Positions 1-10,500 of a DNA stretch of 64,000 bases are shown here, one piece after another. Position 1 is the first letter of the stretch, and the number at the start of each line of letters is the position of its first letter. Source of the DNA: a virus; the IMG/VR virus record IMGVR_UViG_3300020220_003261. One strand, 5' to 3'. The position numbers and the translations under genes are program-made. Under the pieces are notes generated by a model. It made no database searches, was not told the origin of the DNA, and saw nothing but the letters and a program-made list of their open reading frames with translations.

Positions 1-2
1 AC

Positions 3-815
3 CTTTATAAAGAAAATAGAAAATCAAGATTAAGAACAGACGAAGAGATCGATTCATATAATACTCAAAGAATAAGAGTAAAACAATACTTAGAAGAATT
101 ATATGTTAGACAAGGTGAGTTTCCTTTGTGTGAAACAGATGATTGTATTGCATATTATATTCAACAATCTCCTAATGAAAATATAACAATATATTCTGCT
201 GATGGAGATTTAACTCAATTAGTTTCTGAGAATATTCAGATATATAATCCCTCCCATCAAAAAGTCTACAAAAAAAACGACACAATTTTATACGATCACC
301 AAGAAATTAAAGTTGAAAATATTAAAATAGTTAAAATTCTTTGTGGAGATCCATCTGATAATATTTCTGGAATTAAAAATTTGGGTATTAGAAGATTACT
401 ATCACTTTTTCCCGAATTGAAAGAAAGAAAAGTGACCTTATCAGAGATTAAAGAAAAATCCAATTTGTTGTTTGAAGAAGATAAAAACAATTGGTTAATT
501 AAAAATCTTTTGACTGGTGTAACCAAACACGGTGTATTTGGTGAAGAGTTTTTTTACATAAATGAACGTATTGTTAGTTTGGAAGAACCATTCTTAACTG
601 ATGAGGCAATGAGAACAATTTTAGAATTAATAAATGAAAACTTGGACCCCGAAGGTCGATCATATAAAAACACTATGAAAATGATGATGGAAGACGGTTT
701 GTTTCAAATATTACCGAAATCCGATGATGCTTGGATAAACTTCCTGAATCCATTTCTTAGATTAACAAGGAAAGAAAAAAATAAAAGAATAATTAAAATT
801 AAAAACTATGAGTAA
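3..815 (+). CDS. 5'-3' exonuclease / T4 RNase H-like (PolI N-terminal family), 5'-truncated by window edge
   Basis: The frame is open from position 3 (LYKENRKSR...), upstream of the TTG at 126 used by the ORF track. Motifs: YKxNR, ETDD, SADGDLTQL, GDPSDNISGIKNLG (helix-hairpin). Confidence 0.9.
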   Translation, partial: LYKENRKSRLRTDEEIDSYNTQRIRVKQYLEELYVRQGEFPLCETDDCIAYYIQQSPNENITIYSADGDLTQLVSENIQIYNPSHQKVYKKNDTILYDHQEIKVENIKIVKILCGDPSDNISGIKNLGIRRLLSLFPELKERKVTLSEIKEKSNLLFEEDKNNWLIKNLLTGVTKHGVFGEEFFYINERIVSLEEPFLTDEAMRTILELINENLDPEGRSYKNTMKMMMEDGLFQILPKSDDAWINFLNPFLRLTRKEKNKRIIKIKNYE

Positions 816-1254
816 CCAAGAAAACGTAACCAAATTTGAATTTTTATTAACATTAGATGGTCACATTGTTTGTCAAAGATACTTCAATGTGAAAGAACAT
901 GTTGTTCAGTCAAGAAGATCCATGGATCTTCACGAATATGTAAAAAATATTTGTGAAGAAATTGCTTACGATTTGAAAATAAAAAGTTCCAATTATCTAT
1001 GTGAGAATCAAAATTTTTTCCTAAATTCTGATGTTGTGGAAGAAACAAAAGTTGCCGAAAAAGAAGAATTTTTATTGCAAATTAAGCTAGGCGATGACGT
1101 ATTTATTTCTAGAATATTTCCTGCATATTACTATCATCCTAAAGTTAGGTATACGGTAGATATTCGCCCAAAACTTAAGAGAATTTTGTCAGAATTGACT
1201 GACATTTTATCATCTGAAGAATTGGAAACAACTTATTTACAATACGAATTATAA
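808..1254 (+). CDS. hypothetical protein, 148 aa
   Basis: ATG-started ORF overlapping the upstream stop, with typical codon usage. No motif recognised. Confidence 0.8.
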   Translation: MSNQENVTKFEFLLTLDGHIVCQRYFNVKEHVVQSRRSMDLHEYVKNICEEIAYDLKIKSSNYLCENQNFFLNSDVVEETKVAEKEEFLLQIKLGDDVFISRIFPAYYYHPKVRYTVDIRPKLKRILSELTDILSSEELETTYLQYEL

Positions 1255-1279
1255 AAATAGAACATATATATTAAATTTT

Positions 1280-2659
1280 ATGCAAGAAAGAAATTTTGGA
1301 CAATTAGGATTTTCATTTCAACAATCATTAATTAAGGCAATTATCGAAGATAAAAAGTATGGTGAAACTATTATTGATGTATTAGAAAGTAAGTATTTTG
1401 AAAATAACTCTTTTAAATTTATCATGGAAAACATTAAAGAGTTATTCAAACAATTTAATAAAATCCCCGATTATAATACCGTAGCACAGAAAATTATGTC
1501 GGAGAATGGTAGTAGAGACAACAACTCAAATGTTCACATTGACACCCTTGAAAATATAAAACTGTCAAACAATGATATTGAATTTCCAAAGGTGACGGCA
1601 TTAAATTTTTGTAAACAACAGAATTTAAAACGTGTGTTGAAAAATGTCCAAAGTATAATCGAGAATGGTGAATTCGAATCTTATAACACAATTGAGGAAG
1701 AAATAAAGGGGGCATTACAAGTTGGTGTAACTAACGAAGAAGCTTTTGATGTTTTCCATAATATTGATGAAGCATTAGAAAAAGAAAATAGACATCCGAT
1801 TTCTCTTGGTGTTACAGGTTTGGATAACTTATTAAATGGTGGTTTAGGAAGAGGTGAATTAGGTGTCGTGTTAGCACCAACTGGAACAGGTAAAACAACA
1901 CTTTTAACAAAATTTGCAAACACCGCTTTTAATTTAGGTTTCAATGTCGTTCAAATATTTTTTGAGGACAATTCTGGTAATATTAAAAGAAAACATTACA
2001 CAATTTGGTCAGGTGTTCCATCGGATCAACAACCTTTTTTAAAAGAAGAAGTTAAAGAAAAAGTCGACCAAGCACAAAAAAGATCAAAAGGTTCTATTAA
2101 ACTTCTTAAATTACCTTCAGACAATGTGACAATTTCTGAAATTAAATCAAGACTTAGAAAGATGATTTCAGAAGGTTTTAAGATAGATCTCCTTATCATA
2201 GACTACGTAGATTGTATTAGTCCTGAGAGAGTCGCTTTCGGTGAAGAATGGAAAGGAGAAGGGTCAATTATGAGAAGTTTGGAGGCTATGACGGGTGAAT
2301 TTGATATAGCAATATGGACAGCAACTCAAGGTAATCGTGAATCAATATCCTCTGATGTAGTTACAGGTGACCAAATGGGAGGATCAATCAAAAAGGCACA
2401 AATAGCTCACGTAATTGTTTCTATTGCAAAATCTTTGGAACAAAAAGAGAATAATATCGCAACATTGACACTATTGAAATCACGTATAGGTAAAGATGGT
2501 GTAATATTTACTAATTGTAAATTTAACAATGAATTATTGATAATTGATACAGATATACAAACAACATTACTTGGTCACGAAGAACAAAAAGTTCAAAAAA
2601 ATGTGAATAGAGCCACAGAAGCATTCCATAGAAGACAACAAGTAATTAATAATAAATAA
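1280..2659 (+). CDS. dnaB: DnaB-like (SF4) replicative helicase
   Basis: Walker A APTGTGKTT, Walker B LLIIDYVD, IWTATQGNR, LLKSRIG arginine-finger region. Confidence 0.93.
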   Translation: MQERNFGQLGFSFQQSLIKAIIEDKKYGETIIDVLESKYFENNSFKFIMENIKELFKQFNKIPDYNTVAQKIMSENGSRDNNSNVHIDTLENIKLSNNDIEFPKVTALNFCKQQNLKRVLKNVQSIIENGEFESYNTIEEEIKGALQVGVTNEEAFDVFHNIDEALEKENRHPISLGVTGLDNLLNGGLGRGELGVVLAPTGTGKTTLLTKFANTAFNLGFNVVQIFFEDNSGNIKRKHYTIWSGVPSDQQPFLKEEVKEKVDQAQKRSKGSIKLLKLPSDNVTISEIKSRLRKMISEGFKIDLLIIDYVDCISPERVAFGEEWKGEGSIMRSLEAMTGEFDIAIWTATQGNRESISSDVVTGDQMGGSIKKAQIAHVIVSIAKSLEQKENNIATLTLLKSRIGKDGVIFTNCKFNNELLIIDTDIQTTLLGHEEQKVQKNVNRATEAFHRRQQVINNK

Positions 2660-2678
2660 AATATAAAAAAAAGTAGAA

Positions 2679-4940
2679 ATGCAGAAAGGAAAAAAGTTTC
2701 TAAGTGATTTAAAGTTACACTCGGATTATTTTAAATGGTTAGAAGAAAAGGGTAGGTATGAAACATGGGATGAAGCGTGTGAAAACATAATAGATGGTCA
2801 TAGAAAAAAATATGTTGATTATTCGAAAGAAATTGAACCATACTTACAATCTGCTTTAGAAAGTATAAAAGACCAAGCTGTTTTGGCCTCCCAAAGAAAT
2901 CTACAATATAGACATGAACAAATAATGAAACATAACACGAGAATGTTTAATTGTACATCTGGTCAGATTACTCGTAATAGAGTGTTCCAAGAAATTTTTT
3001 ATTTGTCTCTAAGTGGATGTGGTTTCGGTGGTGGATTATTGATTCCATTTGTAAATAATTTAAGTAAACTACAAAGAAGAACGAAAGGAACAAAAACTTT
3101 TGTTATACAAGATAGTATAGAGGGTTGGGCAGATTCGTTGGGTGTATTAATGTCTTCTTACTTTGTTAATGATCAACCTTTTCCTGAATATGCAGGATAC
3201 GCGGTTAAATTTGATTATTCACAAATTAGAGAAAAGGGTTCATTTATAAGTGGTGGATTTAAAGCTCCCGGTCATGAAGGTTTAAAACAATCTTTAGAAA
3301 AAATTGAAACTTTAATTGAAAAGTGGATTACAAATGAAGGTGAAAAAATTAGACCAATTTTGGCATTTGACATTATTTGTCATTCTTCAGATGCGGTATT
3401 ATCAGGTGGTGTAAGACGTTCGGCACTCAATATGATCGTCGATCCTAATGATGATGAAATGATACATGCTAAAACTGGCAACTGGTTCACTGAAAATCCA
3501 CAAAGAGGTAGAAGTAACAATTCAGTTTTACTTTTAAGAAGTGAAGTAACAAAAGAACAATTTGATTACTTAGTAAAATTGAATGATGGTGCAAATGATA
3601 TTGGATTTGTTTTCGCAAATAGTTGGTTTGATATGTTTAATCCATGTTTTGAAATTTTGAAAATTCCTGTATTAGACAATATAGATTTTTCAAAAATACA
3701 CTATGATGATATCGAATTATATGTAAAAAAGAATAAAAATAAATTTGGAATACAAGGTTGTAATTTGACAGAAATAAATGCCGAAAAATGTTCAACTAAA
3801 GATAAATTTTTGAAAGCGTGTAAAGACGCATCTATTTTAGGAACATTACAAGCGGGATATACAAATTTTCCATATTTAGGTGAAACGTCTAAAAAAATAT
3901 TCGAAAGAGAGGCTTTATTAGGTGTTAGTATTACTGGTTGGATGAATAATCCTAAATTATTTAACGAAGAGTTATTAGAAGAGGGTGCACAAGTAGTTAA
4001 GGAAACCAATAAAGAGGTTGCATTTTTAATTGATATAAATCAAGCAGCAAGAACTACATGTGTTAAACCATCGGGTAACGCGTCGGTTGTTTTAGGTACA
4101 GCATCAGGTATACATCCAGAACATTCTGAGAAGTATTTTCGTATTATGCAGTTAAACAAAGAAAGTAATACTGCTAAATGGTTAACAGATAATATGTCGT
4201 TTTTACTCGAAGAAAGTGTTTGGTCATCAACAAAAAGTGATTATGTTGTTTTCGTACCAGTTGAAAATCCTAAAAATGGATTATTCAAAAAAGATATGAA
4301 GGGTACTAAACATCTTGAGTTAATCAAGTTAGTCCAACAACATTGGGTTAATGCGGGAACAAATCCTGAGTTATGCACATATAGTCCTGTAAATCATAAT
4401 ACTTCTTGTACTGTTATTATTGACGATAAAGATGTAATTGTTGATTACATATGGGATAATATAAACTTTTTTACCGCGGTAAGTTTTATATCTGATTATG
4501 GTGATAAAGATTTCAATCAAGCACCATTTACATCTGTTTTGAATCTTGATGAGATTGTTGCATCATATGGTAAGGGATCAATTTTAGCTTCGGGTCTCGT
4601 TGTGGATGGGTTACATTATTTTAATAACAATTTATGGTCGGCATGTGATCATCTGTTAGATAACACTATTCCAATAACAGGTAATAGAGAACAAGTGTTA
4701 TTGAAAAAATATTGGATAGAAAGAGCTAAAAAGTTTGCGAAAAACTATTTTAAAGGTGATTTGAAAAAAATGGTTTATTGCTTAAAAGATGTTCATTTAT
4801 TCCATAAATGGGAAACAGTAACACGTCAGTTTAAAGAAGTTAATTTTGGTGAAATTTTAGATAAACCACAATATAAAGATGTAAGTGATTTTGCATCTAT
4901 GGCTTGTAGTGGAGGATCTTGTGAAATTACTAAAATATGA
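2679..4940 (+). CDS. nrdJ: Class II (adenosylcobalamin-dependent) ribonucleotide reductase, monomeric RTPR type
   Basis: NPCFEI (thiyl Cys), GCNLTEIN, TTCVKPSGNAS, GGVRRSA, C-terminal CSGGSC shuttle pair. No ATP cone and no nrdB partner nearby. Confidence 0.9.
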   Translation: MQKGKKFLSDLKLHSDYFKWLEEKGRYETWDEACENIIDGHRKKYVDYSKEIEPYLQSALESIKDQAVLASQRNLQYRHEQIMKHNTRMFNCTSGQITRNRVFQEIFYLSLSGCGFGGGLLIPFVNNLSKLQRRTKGTKTFVIQDSIEGWADSLGVLMSSYFVNDQPFPEYAGYAVKFDYSQIREKGSFISGGFKAPGHEGLKQSLEKIETLIEKWITNEGEKIRPILAFDIICHSSDAVLSGGVRRSALNMIVDPNDDEMIHAKTGNWFTENPQRGRSNNSVLLLRSEVTKEQFDYLVKLNDGANDIGFVFANSWFDMFNPCFEILKIPVLDNIDFSKIHYDDIELYVKKNKNKFGIQGCNLTEINAEKCSTKDKFLKACKDASILGTLQAGYTNFPYLGETSKKIFEREALLGVSITGWMNNPKLFNEELLEEGAQVVKETNKEVAFLIDINQAARTTCVKPSGNASVVLGTASGIHPEHSEKYFRIMQLNKESNTAKWLTDNMSFLLEESVWSSTKSDYVVFVPVENPKNGLFKKDMKGTKHLELIKLVQQHWVNAGTNPELCTYSPVNHNTSCTVIIDDKDVIVDYIWDNINFFTAVSFISDYGDKDFNQAPFTSVLNLDEIVASYGKGSILASGLVVDGLHYFNNNLWSACDHLLDNTIPITGNREQVLLKKYWIERAKKFAKNYFKGDLKKMVYCLKDVHLFHKWETVTRQFKEVNFGEILDKPQYKDVSDFASMACSGGSCEITKI

Positions 4941-5152
4941 GTAAATTAATTGTGGGTGAAGATTATACAATAGAGGAGAAGTCGGGATTATTGGTCCTGA
5001 CTTCTTTTTTTTTGACTAAAAGAGGATATTGTTGTGGTAATAAATGTATAAATTGTCCATATAAACCCGAATCAATGAACGGTAATAAAATATTGGGTAA
5101 CCCTGATTTATTTAAGGATAGATTAAATACACCCAAGACTCGACAATATTAA
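4937..5152 (+). CDS. DUF5522-like small Cys-rich protein
   Basis: LVLTSFFLTKRGYCCGNKCINCPY matches the family pattern common in Bacteroidota. ATGA overlap with the RNR stop. Confidence 0.75.
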   Translation: MSKLIVGEDYTIEEKSGLLVLTSFFLTKRGYCCGNKCINCPYKPESMNGNKILGNPDLFKDRLNTPKTRQY

Positions 5153-5197
5153 GGGTGAATATCGAGTCACTATTTATTACAATTTTTTCAATCTTTA

Positions 5198-5204
5198 TAT
5201 TTAT
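5198..5204 (+). promoter_or_regulatory. TATTTAT putative late promoter (gp25-like gene)
   Basis: One of at least 14 copies located just upstream of mostly structural genes. Confidence 0.55.
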
Positions 5205-5209
5205 TTCAT

Positions 5210-5662
5210 ATGGCTACAACATATGGAATAGATTTTCCCTTTAGGGATAGTAAAACAGGACAATATCTTTCTTTAACGAATACTCCCGAAAGAGAGGTTA
5301 GGGCCAATCTCATACATCTACTTTTAACAAAAAAGGGAAGTAGATATTTTTTACCAAATTTTGGAACAAGAATATACGAATACATTTTTGAACAAAATGA
5401 CATAGTTTCTTTTAACTTAATAGAAGATGAAATTAGAGAGGGAGTTAGAAAGTTTATACCGAATTTAGACATAAATTCAATTACCATAAACTCAGCGGAA
5501 TTGGATCCTGAACAAGATAGAACATTTTCTCAAGAGGAAGATGAAAGATTATTTAGAGTTTCAGATTTTTCAAATAAACCATATACCGCAAAAGTTAGAA
5601 TAGATTACACAGTAAATAACGCCGCCTTTTCTTCTTCTGATTTTATAATTATTAATATATAA
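5210..5662 (+). CDS. Baseplate wedge protein, gp25/GPW-like
   Basis: LLLTKKGSRYFLPNFGTRIYEYIFEQ motif of gp25 family. First gene of the structural block. Confidence 0.88.
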   Translation: MATTYGIDFPFRDSKTGQYLSLTNTPEREVRANLIHLLLTKKGSRYFLPNFGTRIYEYIFEQNDIVSFNLIEDEIREGVRKFIPNLDINSITINSAELDPEQDRTFSQEEDERLFRVSDFSNKPYTAKVRIDYTVNNAAFSSSDFIIINI

Positions 5663-5663
5663 A

Positions 5664-7496
5664 ATGGCAAAAAAAATATCATACGCAGTAAGGGACTTCG
5701 CAGGATTAAGACAAGAATTGGTTAATATGACCAAAGAATATTATCCTGATTTAGTAAAAAATACAAATGACGCATCAATTTTTTCAGTATTGTTGGATTT
5801 AAACGCCGCTGTAACTGATAATCTACATTTTCATATTGATAGAGTTTGGCAAGAAACAACACTAGATTTCGCACAACAAAGACAATCATTGTTTCATATT
5901 GCAAAAACATATGGTATGAAAATTCCTGGTAATAGACCATCAGTATCTTTAAGTGATTTTTCAATAAATGTTCCTGTCTCGGGAGATAAGGAAGATGTTA
6001 GATATTTAGGAGTGTTAAAGGCTGGTGCACAAGTATCAGGTGGAGGACAAGTTTTTGAAACAATTGAAGATATTGATTTTTCAAGTCCATTTAATTCAAA
6101 AGGAGAAGTAAACAGATTAAAAATTCCAAATTTTGACGCAAACGATAGATTAATATCATATACTATTACCAAGAGAGAAGCGGTTGTGAATGGGGTTACA
6201 AGAATATTCAGAAGAGTTATTACTGAAATTGATCAAAAACCATTTTTAAAACTTTATTTACCTGAAACGAATATTTTAGGAATAGTCTCAGTCATTCATA
6301 AAGATGGAACTACTTTTGCGGGTAATCCAACTTCCACTGAATTTAATACAAGCTCGAATAAATGGTATGAAGTTAAATCGTTAATAGAAGATAAAGTTTT
6401 TGTTCCAGATTCAACATCAGCATCAGATAGAGATAATTTTAAATCCGGTAATTACGTTAGAGTTACTAATAAATTTATAACAGAATACACACCTGAAAGT
6501 TTTTTTTCATTGACATTTGGATCAGGAAACATTGACCCAATGAGTAATTTAGATGATTTTATGTCAGGAGATTTAAAAGTTAATTTGTCAACTTATTTAA
6601 ATAATATATCATTAGGTAGTTTACCTAAACCTAACACAACAATTTTTGTAAAATATAGAATCGGTGGTGGTAAAAATTCTAATTTAGGTGTTGATGTAAT
6701 AACAAGTATTGATGATATTGAATTCGAAGTAAATGGACCACTATCAAATGTTAATACACAAGTTGTCAATTCTTTAACAGTAAGAAATGTTACACCGGCA
6801 ATTGGAGGTTCTGATCAACCTACAATAGAGGAGATTAGAAATATGATCGCATACAACTTTGCAGCACAAAACAGAGCGGTAACATTAAATGATTATAAAT
6901 CATTAATTGAAACAATGCCGTCAACTTATGGTGCACCAGCTAAAGTAAATGTATTGGAGGAAGATAATAAAATTAAAATTAAATTATTGTCTTATGACGA
7001 TAAAGGTAATTTAACTGATGTAGTATCAAATACTTTGAAAAACAATATTTTAAATTATCTTTCAGAATTTAGAATGATAAATGATTATATTGAAATACAA
7101 AGTGGTGAAGTAATTGATTTAAGTTTAGAAATTGATTTAATTATAGATAAAAATGAATCAAGATCTGATGTAATTAGAGAGACAATAAACAAAACATCAC
7201 AATTTTTTGCAATAGAAAAAAGAAAAATGGGTGATCCTTTGTTTGTTGGTGATCTATCGAGAGAAATTGGTAATGTCGGTGGAGTAACAAATGTTGTAGA
7301 AATAAGAGTTTTTAATAAAATAGGTGGCGAATATTCATCATCACAAGTTACCCAACAATATAAAAATCCTGTGACAAAAGAAATTTTACAATCTGACATG
7401 ACTATTTTTATGAAAGCAAACCAAATTTATCAAATTAGGTTTCCTAATGTAGATATTAAGGTTAGGGTTAGATCCTTAGGTTCAACTACATTTTAA
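5664..7496 (+). CDS. Baseplate wedge protein, T4 gp6 / baseplate J-like
   Basis: RDFAGLRQEL N-terminus, YRIGGG..SN, AIGGSD..TIEEIR, QNRAVTLNDY. Follows the gp25-like gene. Confidence 0.88.
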   Translation: MAKKISYAVRDFAGLRQELVNMTKEYYPDLVKNTNDASIFSVLLDLNAAVTDNLHFHIDRVWQETTLDFAQQRQSLFHIAKTYGMKIPGNRPSVSLSDFSINVPVSGDKEDVRYLGVLKAGAQVSGGGQVFETIEDIDFSSPFNSKGEVNRLKIPNFDANDRLISYTITKREAVVNGVTRIFRRVITEIDQKPFLKLYLPETNILGIVSVIHKDGTTFAGNPTSTEFNTSSNKWYEVKSLIEDKVFVPDSTSASDRDNFKSGNYVRVTNKFITEYTPESFFSLTFGSGNIDPMSNLDDFMSGDLKVNLSTYLNNISLGSLPKPNTTIFVKYRIGGGKNSNLGVDVITSIDDIEFEVNGPLSNVNTQVVNSLTVRNVTPAIGGSDQPTIEEIRNMIAYNFAAQNRAVTLNDYKSLIETMPSTYGAPAKVNVLEEDNKIKIKLLSYDDKGNLTDVVSNTLKNNILNYLSEFRMINDYIEIQSGEVIDLSLEIDLIIDKNESRSDVIRETINKTSQFFAIEKRKMGDPLFVGDLSREIGNVGGVTNVVEIRVFNKIGGEYSSSQVTQQYKNPVTKEILQSDMTIFMKANQIYQIRFPNVDIKVRVRSLGSTTF

Positions 7497-7550
7497 TTAG
7501 ATTTTTATTTATAATAATAGAAATTTCCATGCTTTCTATTTATTATAAGA

Positions 7551-10500
7551 ATGATACAAAAACATAGAATTGCGACAAATATAGGGGTAGACCAAAAAGT
7601 AATTGTAGAATTGAAACAAAACTACGATTTACTAGAAATCTTGTCTTTAAAATTTAGTCAAAAACAAACCTATACTTCACTATGTTCCGATTATGGAGTT
7701 GTTTGTGGTAGAATTTCGGTAAATAATGGATTTGGAATACCGAATGCAAGAGTTTCAATTTTTATTCCTTTGTCAGATATGGATGAAAACGATCCGGTTG
7801 TATCTGCATTATACCCATACAAATCCCCAACAGAAAAAAATGACAATGGTTTAAGATATAATTTATTACCAGAAAGGAAGCAACATGGTGGACATGAACC
7901 TGTTGGTTCTTTTTTTGATCAGAGTGACGTTTTGAATAATGAGTCAAAATTAGAAGTGTTTGAAAAATATTATTCATATACGGTAAAAACAAATGATGCT
8001 GGTGATTTTATGATTTGGGGAGTTCCAATAGGACCACAAATATTACATGTTGATATTGATTTGTCCGATATAAGTTGTTTTTCACTTAGGCCCGATGATT
8101 TTATAAGACAAGGTATTGGAGTAGACCAATTTAAAAACACATATACTTTTAAGTCATCAACAGATTTATCTACATTACCACAAATAGTATCTTTTGACAA
8201 ATCAATTGAAGTTTTCTCTTTTTGGGGAAATGTCGATTTATGTGAAATTGGAATTACTAGAACTGATTTTGATTTATCCGATGAGGGGGTAAAGGTTGAA
8301 CCTAAAGCTTATTTACTTGGTTCAGTATTTTCAGATCAAGGTAACAATTCTGTTAATAAAAACTGCACACCAAAAAACACAATGGGATATAAATGTAATT
8401 TAACATCGGATCCCGCAGTTATTGAGGTATTGAGATTCACAAGTAAAAAAGATATAAATAACAGACCAATACTTGAACTCTATGAAATTAATGAAGATGT
8501 AGATGATAGTGGATCATTTGTATTAACATTACCAATGAATATGGATTATGTTTACACAAATGAATTTGGCGAAAATGAAATAACTAATGATCCTAATAAA
8601 GGTATACCAACATCAGGTTGTTATAGATTTAGAATATCAACAAAAAACGAATCAGTAGGTAGAGTAAGAACAACCGCGTCTTATTTGGTACCTAATATAA
8701 GAGAATTTGAAAATGAAATAGATAAATCATATGCGTGGTCAACAGATTGGAGTGATTATCCAATAGGTGCAACAAATAATTCAATTATTTTTTATAGTGA
8801 AAATGGGAGATATTACCCTAAAGATTATTTTTATCGATTGACTTATAATAAAGTATATTCTGTATCATCTTTCATGGGTTCATATTTTAGCTCAAGTGGT
8901 GGTGGGAGAGATACTTTCTTAGGAATAAAAGAAATTTCACCAAAAAAAGAAGATGATTGTGAAGAAAACGTTGTTACACCACCAATAAATTTTGGTATAG
9001 AAAAATTCACATTTGCAATTCTTATTGCAACCATTTTGAATATATTTGAGAGATTAATATATTATGCTTTTATTGCTGCTGTTCAAATTTTAATAATACC
9101 ATTTCAAGCTTTATATAATTTTAGAATTAGAATAAGAGCATTTCGTGTCACAATAATTGATTGGAGACCATTTGAATTTTTAGATAGAGCGGTAATAGAA
9201 CCATTACAAAGATTTGGAACTGTTAGATTAGGTATAGCAATTTATCCGGATTGTGAAACTTGTGATAATTTAGATTATGTAAATGAACTCCCCAATACAA
9301 ACGAAGACCCCGCATTACTATTTACCGAGATTGCAAGTGGAACTGCAATACCTGACAATTATATGGTAACATATGGATGTGCAGGATATACAGACGATGA
9401 TCCTTCATTGACTAGACTTTATTTTGTAATACCTGGTGGAACATGTTCGCCAGCATCAGATGTTGAACCAACGTTTTTGGCTTCATATAATTTGACTATG
9501 TTAATAAACGAACCATCAAGATTTGTTGTCAAATTCAATAATAGTCAACTTTATGATACCTTAGTGTTGAATCAAGAAATTATTAATGGTATAACTACAC
9601 ACTATTTTGATGATTATGTTAAATGTTCATATACAAATAACAGGTTAAATGAACCAACAGAACCAATAACATATAAAATATATGATAAAAACTCTTTATT
9701 ATTAGGTGGAAGTGGTGGAAGTGGTTTACAAAGTGAACTTCAAGGCGGTTGTCAACAATACGTTTCAGTCTATAGAGAAAATATTGTTAGTCATAGTTAT
9801 TGTGTTGTAGATCCATCGATATCATATAATTCACTTACTACGTCAAATTTAGTTTTAGGATCATCATGTCCACCTGATAAAATTAATGTTGGACAAGTTA
9901 TTAGAAATGTAGATGCAAATCCGTGTGGTACGTGTGGAACCAAAAGTGGGTATTCTGAATTTAGATTTGGTTTGTTCACTATTATTCCAGCAGCGAGTAC
10001 TAGAAATTGGGGTGTAAATTTTGACGCTATAACCGAATATGCAATAAGAAAACTTGTTGCCAAGTTATTTTGTGAGGGATATGTAAACTATTCATTTATT
10101 GACAACTGGTTGACCGGTGCATTATATATATTTCCATTTAAATCAAAAGTTAGATGGGATAATGAGGAAGAACTTGATTTAAATTATAGAAGAACAAAGT
10201 ATTGTGATAATTTAGTTTATTACAAAGTAGGAACAATAAATAATCCTGATAAAAGATTTTATTATAGATCTACAAAATATATTTCGGGTAAATTTAACAG
10301 AAGTATTAAAAATACATTAGGTCATCCGACAACTATAGTTGATTTGGGACCAAGAGATGAATTTATTAAAGAAATTTGTGTAGATGCATCTGTAGATCCT
10401 AATTGTTCTATTGTTAGAAGTATAGGCCCCACATCATATCAAAATTTTAAAGAATTACTAGGACTTTATATAAATTATAAACTTGATTATTTGGGCCCTG

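Noticed and set aside
1280-4940. Inteins or group I introns in the helicase or RNR
   Set aside because: Both ORFs are continuous and of normal length, with no intein splice motifs or homing endonuclease insert. The short insert after NPCFEI is too small.
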